Positions 59,361 to 64,000 of a stretch of 64,000 bases of DNA are shown piece after piece (within the stretch, counting starts at the first letter, position 1; the number at the start of each line of letters is the position of its first letter). The stretch spans positions 18,231 to 82,230 of the forward strand of contig CAMYXL010000001.1 of assembly GCA_947303255.1 (NCBI GenBank), written 5' to 3'. The stretch comes from an uncultured Clostridia bacterium (lineage in GTDB: Bacteria; Bacillota; Clostridia; Saccharofermentanales; Saccharofermentanaceae). The position numbers and the translations under genes were made by a program. The notes under the pieces are model-generated. The model was not told the origin of the DNA. It saw only the letters and a program-made list of their open reading frames with translations, and did no database searches.

Positions 59361-59592
59361 ATACTAACCTGATCGGTCTTTTTTGTAAATAAGGTTAGTA
59401 TAAATCGGTCTTACAAATAATCGAGTACTAACCCTTTTTTCGAAAACATGCATGATGGTAAGTGTTTTTCTACATGATCGAAAATAAAATACTAACCTAA
59501 AACGCGATAATTGCCATATTGATTAGTACGACTTCAGATTTCCGGCGAAATATACTAACCTTTTGGCAGATTTTCACGATTTTGATCAGTAC
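59361..59592. repeat. Phased array of four 63-64-bp units, each TACTAACC-N23-GGTTAGTA
   Basis: Forward cores at 59362, 59426, 59490 and 59553; reverse cores at 59393, 59457, 59521 and 59584 (the last three degenerate). Confidence 0.75.
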
Positions 59593-59659
59593 TCAACAGG
59601 ATGAATCTGAGGGAATCGTGTCTTTTTTGAGACAACCCTCAGTTTTTTTCGAAAATAAA

Positions 59660-59733
59660 AGTCAAAAAAAGTCAAAAAGCTATTGACAAACACTGAAAAC
59701 GGGACGATAATACTAATATCAAAGAAAGTCAAA
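59660..59733 (+). promoter_or_regulatory. CtsR-repressed sigma-A promoter
   Basis: CtsR box AGTCAAA-AAA-AGTCAAA (59660-59676); -35 TTGACA (59683); -10 GATAAT (59706, 17-bp spacer); second box TATCAAA-GAA-AGTCAAA (59717-59733), with further GTCAAA copies downstream. Confidence 0.88.
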
Positions 59734-59781
59734 GTCAAAATCAAAGTCGAATTTGACCAAAGCAGGAAGGGAGGAACAGAT

Positions 59782-60252
59782 GTGGCTAGACTCGTTGATG
59801 TTATAGAGTTAATGATCAAAGAGATGCTGGACGAGAACAACGGCAAGGCGACCATAAGCAGAAGCGATCTCGCTGAGAGAGCGAACTGCGTGCCTTCGCA
59901 GATAACCTACGTGTTGTCCACCAGATTCTCGTCAGGTAACGGATATATAGTCGAGAGCCGAAGAGGCGGCGGCGGACAGATCACCATCAGGCGAGCGAAG
60001 ATCATCAGCAAGGGAGAGTACCTGCAGTCGGTGCTTAACGCGGTAGGCAATGATCTTACTCAGCAGCAGGCGAAGATCTATCTGACCAATCTCGTATCGA
60101 GCGGTGCGATCTCACCTCATGAGGCGACAGTCGTTATGGCGACGGTGTCGGACAGAGCTCTGGTCCATGTTGATTCCGATATAAGGTCTGTGGTAAGAGC
60201 CGATATTTTCAAGAATGCTTTGGTAAGTCTGATGTTAGACGGTGCGAGCTGA
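59782..60252 (+). CDS. ctsR: Class III stress gene repressor CtsR
   Basis: MARLVDVIE, LAERANCVPSQITYVLSTRF, GYIVESRRGGGG. GTG start after GGGAGG. Confidence 0.95.
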   Translation: MARLVDVIELMIKEMLDENNGKATISRSDLAERANCVPSQITYVLSTRFSSGNGYIVESRRGGGGQITIRRAKIISKGEYLQSVLNAVGNDLTQQQAKIYLTNLVSSGAISPHEATVVMATVSDRALVHVDSDIRSVVRADIFKNALVSLMLDGAS

Positions 60253-60268
60253 AAGGAAGTGATACATA

Positions 60269-60898
60269 ATGCGTTGTGAAAGATGCGGAAAGATAGTAGA
60301 TAAATCATATACAAATTATAACGGCAGGTTTTTCTGTCCGGAATGTGCCAAGGAGTTGGGACTTCCTGATGCGGCTACTCTTGCCAGCAGTGCATTCAGG
60401 TTCCTGGATGACGGACTTACGTCATTCTTCCCTCTCATGAGAGAGCAGTTGGAGTTCTCCCCTACGAGAAGCCAGATCAAATGCCCTAAGTGCGGTACGA
60501 CTCTGAAGGAGTTCGAAGCAACGGGCAATCTCGGATGCATTGAGTGCTACAACACTTTTAATGAATCCGTTATGAGACTTCTCATGAGACTTCAGGCAGA
60601 CAACCACTATAGAGGAAGGTCTCCGGGTATCGCATCCGAACCTATGGAAGACAGCAAAGAGACCAAGGAGATCGATGCAGCAGAGATCGGTTCCAATTCC
60701 GAGAGCAAGGAGCCTGAGGTTTCTCCTGCCAAGGAGATCGCGGCTGACGAGAATAAGCTCCTCAAGTATTCCAATGCAGATATCGGAATGCTCACTAACG
60801 AGGACTTAAACGAAGCCATCAAACTAGCTGTAGCTCATGAAGATTACCTTCTTGCAGCAAAATTCAGAGATGAACTCAGAAGCAGGGAGGGCGTGTAA
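60269..60898 (+). CDS. mcsA: McsA (CxxC motifs plus UVR domain)
   Basis: CERC, CPEC, CPKC, GNLGCIECY; UVR-like LNEAIKLAVAHEDYLLAAKFRDELR. Confidence 0.9.
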   Translation: MRCERCGKIVDKSYTNYNGRFFCPECAKELGLPDAATLASSAFRFLDDGLTSFFPLMREQLEFSPTRSQIKCPKCGTTLKEFEATGNLGCIECYNTFNESVMRLLMRLQADNHYRGRSPGIASEPMEDSKETKEIDAAEIGSNSESKEPEVSPAKEIAADENKLLKYSNADIGMLTNEDLNEAIKLAVAHEDYLLAAKFRDELRSREGV

Positions 60899-61876
60899 AT
60901 GAAGTGGTACGAAGAAAACGGTGAGAACAGTGATGTTATCCTTACATCAAGAGTCGTTGTGAGGCGTAACATAAAAGGATATTCCTTCCCTTCGAAAATG
61001 GATGACAGCGAGCGCGAGACCGTACAGCATCTCGTTACTGCAAAGGCAGAGGAGCTCGGTTACGAAGTAAAGATCGAGGAGCCTGCTTCGAATATTCCTG
61101 ATGCGCTCAAAAAGCGCGGCAGTGACGCCATGTTCCAGAGCAGTGACGAAGCGATCGGTGCCATGATCAACAAGATCAACCACCTGACCTTCTACGGAAA
61201 CATCAGAGGCTCCAATGTCAAAGAGATGTTCACGAGAGTCGAGAAGATGGTCATCGATTTCGAGAGAGCATTCGATATGGCTTATTCCGAGAGATTGGGC
61301 TTCCTTACGGCAGAACCTCAGAACGTAGGTTCCGGAATCACGGTGGATATCGTTGTAGCTATTCCGGGAATCGTTAAGTCGGGAACTTTCCCTTCACTTC
61401 AGAAGAAGCTTACGGTTGCCGAGTGGAGACTTAAGCCTTACATCAATCAGAACAGCGGCATCAAAAGACCTGAGACTTTGTTCTCTCTTACCAATGTCGC
61501 TACTCTCGGCATCGGTGAAGACAAGCTCTACGAGCGCGCCATCACGATAATCAACGACATCATCAAAGTCGAGCGTATGTGCCGTGAGGCTATCTATAAG
61601 AAGAACAGACTGGTCGTCGAAGATCAGTACTACAGAGGATACGGACTTTTGAAGTTCTGCAGGAAGATCGAACTTCCTGAGGCACTCGAAGTACTCGGCT
61701 GGATCAGATTCGGCTTAGGTCTTATCGATGACAAGGAAACGGGGATCACACTCTCCGTCATTAATGAGATAACAGAAAAACTATGTAAAGAATACGACCT
61801 GCATCCGCGCAGCTTCAACAGACACAATGAGCAGCGTGCAGCGTATATCAAGGAAATACTGGAAAGGGGTGAATGA
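60899..61876 (+). CDS. mcsB: McsB homolog with a degenerate arginine-kinase active site
   Basis: Position in the ctsR operon; [44 protein letters not shown]. The NEED and CPTN motifs are absent. Confidence 0.85.
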   Translation: MKWYEENGENSDVILTSRVVVRRNIKGYSFPSKMDDSERETVQHLVTAKAEELGYEVKIEEPASNIPDALKKRGSDAMFQSSDEAIGAMINKINHLTFYGNIRGSNVKEMFTRVEKMVIDFERAFDMAYSERLGFLTAEPQNVGSGITVDIVVAIPGIVKSGTFPSLQKKLTVAEWRLKPYINQNSGIKRPETLFSLTNVATLGIGEDKLYERAITIINDIIKVERMCREAIYKKNRLVVEDQYYRGYGLLKFCRKIELPEALEVLGWIRFGLGLIDDKETGITLSVINEITEKLCKEYDLHPRSFNRHNEQRAAYIKEILERGE

Positions 61877-64000
61877 TCATGAAATTTGGAGAAGGTGCCA
61901 TTCAATTGATATCTGATTCCTGGCTTTTCGCCAAGGCATTCAAATGTGAGACGATCGGAAGCGAATTCCTGCTTCTTGCCATGTGCAATCTCAATTGCCC
62001 TGCCAAGAATATTCTTGAAGTTCAGGGTATTACCGATGAGAAGGTAATCGAGTGTATCGAAAGAAACGAGAGAACAACAATGCAAAAGCCGAGCGACGAA
62101 GAGATCGCCAGCATCGACTTTGAAGAAGGTCTTCACGCTTGCCGTGTTGATACAAAGCGAGTACTTGCAGAGGCCGATATCGTTGCCAACAGATTCGGTG
62201 ACGGAATCGTTACTCCTGAGCATATCTTAAGTGTCCTTGCCTCGAAAAGGAGTTTTACAGCTGCCAAGATCATGATCTACCTCAATGCAGATCTTGAGGC
62301 CATCAGACAGCAGACACTCGCTGCTATCATGGGTTCAGGAGACGACGACTTTATGGACGGCGGTTCCTCTGAAGAATCTCCGCGTCAGTCTGCAGCAGCA
62401 AATCTGGCCAGAATGGGCTCGAAAAAGAGCGCAAAGGGCAAGCATCCTACATTGGACAAGTTTGGTAAGAATCTTACTCAGCTTGCCAAGGACGGCAAGA
62501 TCGATCCGGTTATCGGAAGAGAAGAAGAGATCAACCGTGTAATGCAGATCCTCGCCAGAAGAACAAAGAACAATCCTTGTCTCGTTGGTGAGCCTGGTGT
62601 AGGTAAGACAGCTATCGCTGAAGGCCTTGCACTTAAGATCGCTGAAGGAGACGTACCTGATATCCTTAAGGGTAAGACTGTATTCAATATCGAAGTAGGC
62701 TCAATGGTTGCAGGTTCCAAGTTCAGAGGTGACTTTGAAGAGAGGATCCAGAAGGTCCTTGATGAAGCATCCTCCAACGAAGACATCATCCTCTTTATCG
62801 ATGAGATCCATACTCTCGTAGGAGCAGGTGACGGCGGCAACGGTTCCCTTGATGCAGCAAACATCATGAAGCCGATGCTCACAAAGGGCGAGCTTCAGAT
62901 CATCGGTGCTACGACACTTGATGAATACAGCAAGATCATCGAGAAAGATTCAGCTCTCGAGAGAAGATTCCAGAAAGTTCTTATCGAAGAACCTTCACAG
63001 GCAGATGCCATCCTTATCCTTAAGGGACTTCGCCCGCGTTACGAAGAGCATCACAAGATCAAGATCAGTGATGAGGCTATCGAACAGGCAGTTCTCCTGT
63101 CGACCAGATATCTGTCCGACAGATTCCTTCCTGATAAAGCCATCGACCTTATCGATGAGGCAGCAGCGAAAAAGAGGATCAACTTCCAGGTATCCACGGA
63201 ACTTAATACCCTCACCAGCAGACTTACTGAAGTAGGTAACCTCAAGAAGGTCGCTGCTGAGAAGATGGAGTTTGAGAAAGCTCAGGAACTTCACGTTCAG
63301 GAGCAGGAGATCGAGAAGAGGATCGAGGAACTTAAAAATACCAACAAGCCGGATAACGACGGCTTTACAGGTGAGCTCACCGTAGAAGATATCGCAGAAG
63401 TCCTTGCCAAGTGGTCAGGTATCCCTGTATCTAAGATCACGGAGTCTGATGCAGAGAAGCTTAAGACATTGGAGGATGAGCTTAAGTCAAGAGTTATCGG
63501 TCAGGATGAGGCAGTAAGTGCCATTGCACGTGCCATCAGAAGAAGCCGTCTGGGTCTTAAGGATCCTAAGCGTCCTTCCGGATCGTTCATCTTCCTCGGT
63601 ACTACCGGTGTAGGTAAGACTGAGCTTGCAAGAGCACTCGCAGAGGTAATGTTCGGTAATGAGAATGCACTTGTCAGGATCGATATGTCCGAGTACATGG
63701 AAAAGCACGATGTAAGTAAACTCATCGGATCGCCTCCGGGCTATGTCGGATACGATGAGGGAGGTCAGCTTACAGAGAAGATAAGAAGACATCCTTATTC
63801 GGTAGTCCTTTTCGATGAGATAGAGAAGGCGCATCCTGATATCTTTAACAGCATGCTCCAGATCCTGGATGACGGAAGACTTACTGACGGTAAGGGCCGG
63901 CTCGTAGATTTTAAGAATACTATTATAATAATGACTTCTAATATAGGTGCGCGTATGCTCACTGCAGAAGCGAGCCGCAAGATCGGATTCGAGCTCGAGG
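61873..64000 (+). CDS. clpC: ClpC AAA+ unfoldase (partial; runs off the window end)
   Basis: Not in the ORF track (no stop in window). Translated in frame from ATG 61873 (alternative start 61879): two Clp N repeats, [27 protein letters not shown] (62587), [26 protein letters not shown], second Walker [45 protein letters not shown]. Confidence 0.96.
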   Translation, partial: MIMKFGEGAIQLISDSWLFAKAFKCETIGSEFLLLAMCNLNCPAKNILEVQGITDEKVIECIERNERTTMQKPSDEEIASIDFEEGLHACRVDTKRVLAEADIVANRFGDGIVTPEHILSVLASKRSFTAAKIMIYLNADLEAIRQQTLAAIMGSGDDDFMDGGSSEESPRQSAAANLARMGSKKSAKGKHPTLDKFGKNLTQLAKDGKIDPVIGREEEINRVMQILARRTKNNPCLVGEPGVGKTAIAEGLALKIAEGDVPDILKGKTVFNIEVGSMVAGSKFRGDFEERIQKVLDEASSNEDIILFIDEIHTLVGAGDGGNGSLDAANIMKPMLTKGELQIIGATTLDEYSKIIEKDSALERRFQKVLIEEPSQADAILILKGLRPRYEEHHKIKISDEAIEQAVLLSTRYLSDRFLPDKAIDLIDEAAAKKRINFQVSTELNTLTSRLTEVGNLKKVAAEKMEFEKAQELHVQEQEIEKRIEELKNTNKPDNDGFTGELTVEDIAEVLAKWSGIPVSKITESDAEKLKTLEDELKSRVIGQDEAVSAIARAIRRSRLGLKDPKRPSGSFIFLGTTGVGKTELARALAEVMFGNENALVRIDMSEYMEKHDVSKLIGSPPGYVGYDEGGQLTEKIRRHPYSVVLFDEIEKAHPDIFNSMLQILDDGRLTDGKGRLVDFKNTIIIMTSNIGARMLTAEASRKIGFELE

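Noticed and set aside
59361-59592. Calling this a CRISPR or TIGR array outright, or CtsR boxes
   Set aside because: The cores are only 8-10 bp and alternate in orientation; no cas or Nop-domain gene is in the window and no box C/D motifs are evident. The real CtsR boxes (GTCAAA) are separate, at 59660-59733.
63592-63624. Inactivated second ATPase site of ClpC (GTTGVGKT instead of GPTGVGKT)
   Set aside because: The GxxGxGKT consensus, Walker B and neighbouring motifs are intact; the change is at a variable position.
77-63980. The many short or antisense ORFs in the track (e.g. 9836-10732, 18156-18962, 32039-33220, 56273-57100, 61630-62223)
   Set aside because: They lie opposite or within well-supported genes, lack RBS and motifs, and are the shadow frames expected from biased codon usage.
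1-64000. tRNA, rRNA, transposase, integrase, prophage or defence genes
   Set aside because: None was recognised by eye in the intergenic gaps or ORFs; a tRNAscan/Infernal/HMM run would be needed to exclude divergent cases.

Overview
A 64-kb chromosomal window from a fibre-degrading clostridial Firmicute; a rumen/gut Saccharofermentans- or Lachnospiraceae-like organism is inferred from gene content only. In order: (1) a DUF58/MoxR pair; (2) a domain-permuted GH3 beta-glucosidase and two membrane proteins; (3) an ~18-kb arabinoxylan/arabinose locus: carboxylesterase-GH43-CBM6 fusion, GH51, a small Cys-rich protein, ribulokinase-like kinase, araD, YesMN-type two-component system, oligosaccharide ABC transporter, intracellular GH10 and a YesL fusion; (4) a Na+-pumping decarboxylase operon; (5) the str operon rpsL-rpsG-fusA-tuf; (6) an OmpR-type two-component system, proB, PBP1A and rlmD; (7) a membrane-anchored ECF sigma factor fusion, a hydrolase and a DUF4214 surface protein; (8) a surface-glycan cluster (DUF4214/coiled-coil protein, two GT4, Stealth, GT2, Galf-transferase-like); (9) lipase-pssA-psd and cysK; (10) ctsR-mcsA-mcsB-clpC, with clpC truncated by the window end. 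No tRNA, rRNA, CRISPR array, integrase or transposase was recognised. Three observations stand out. (a) Three unrelated intergenic arrays (24343-24495, 47343-47549, 59361-59592) share one design: short conserved inverted cores separated by fixed-length but sequence-variable spacers. (b) McsB has lost essentially all its catalytic motifs, and the neighbouring ClpC N-domain has lost both phospho-arginine phosphate-binding motifs, suggesting an intact operon that no longer uses arginine phosphorylation. (c) An ECF sigma factor is fused through a transmembrane helix to an extracellular domain. All family assignments come from recalled motifs; no searches were run.
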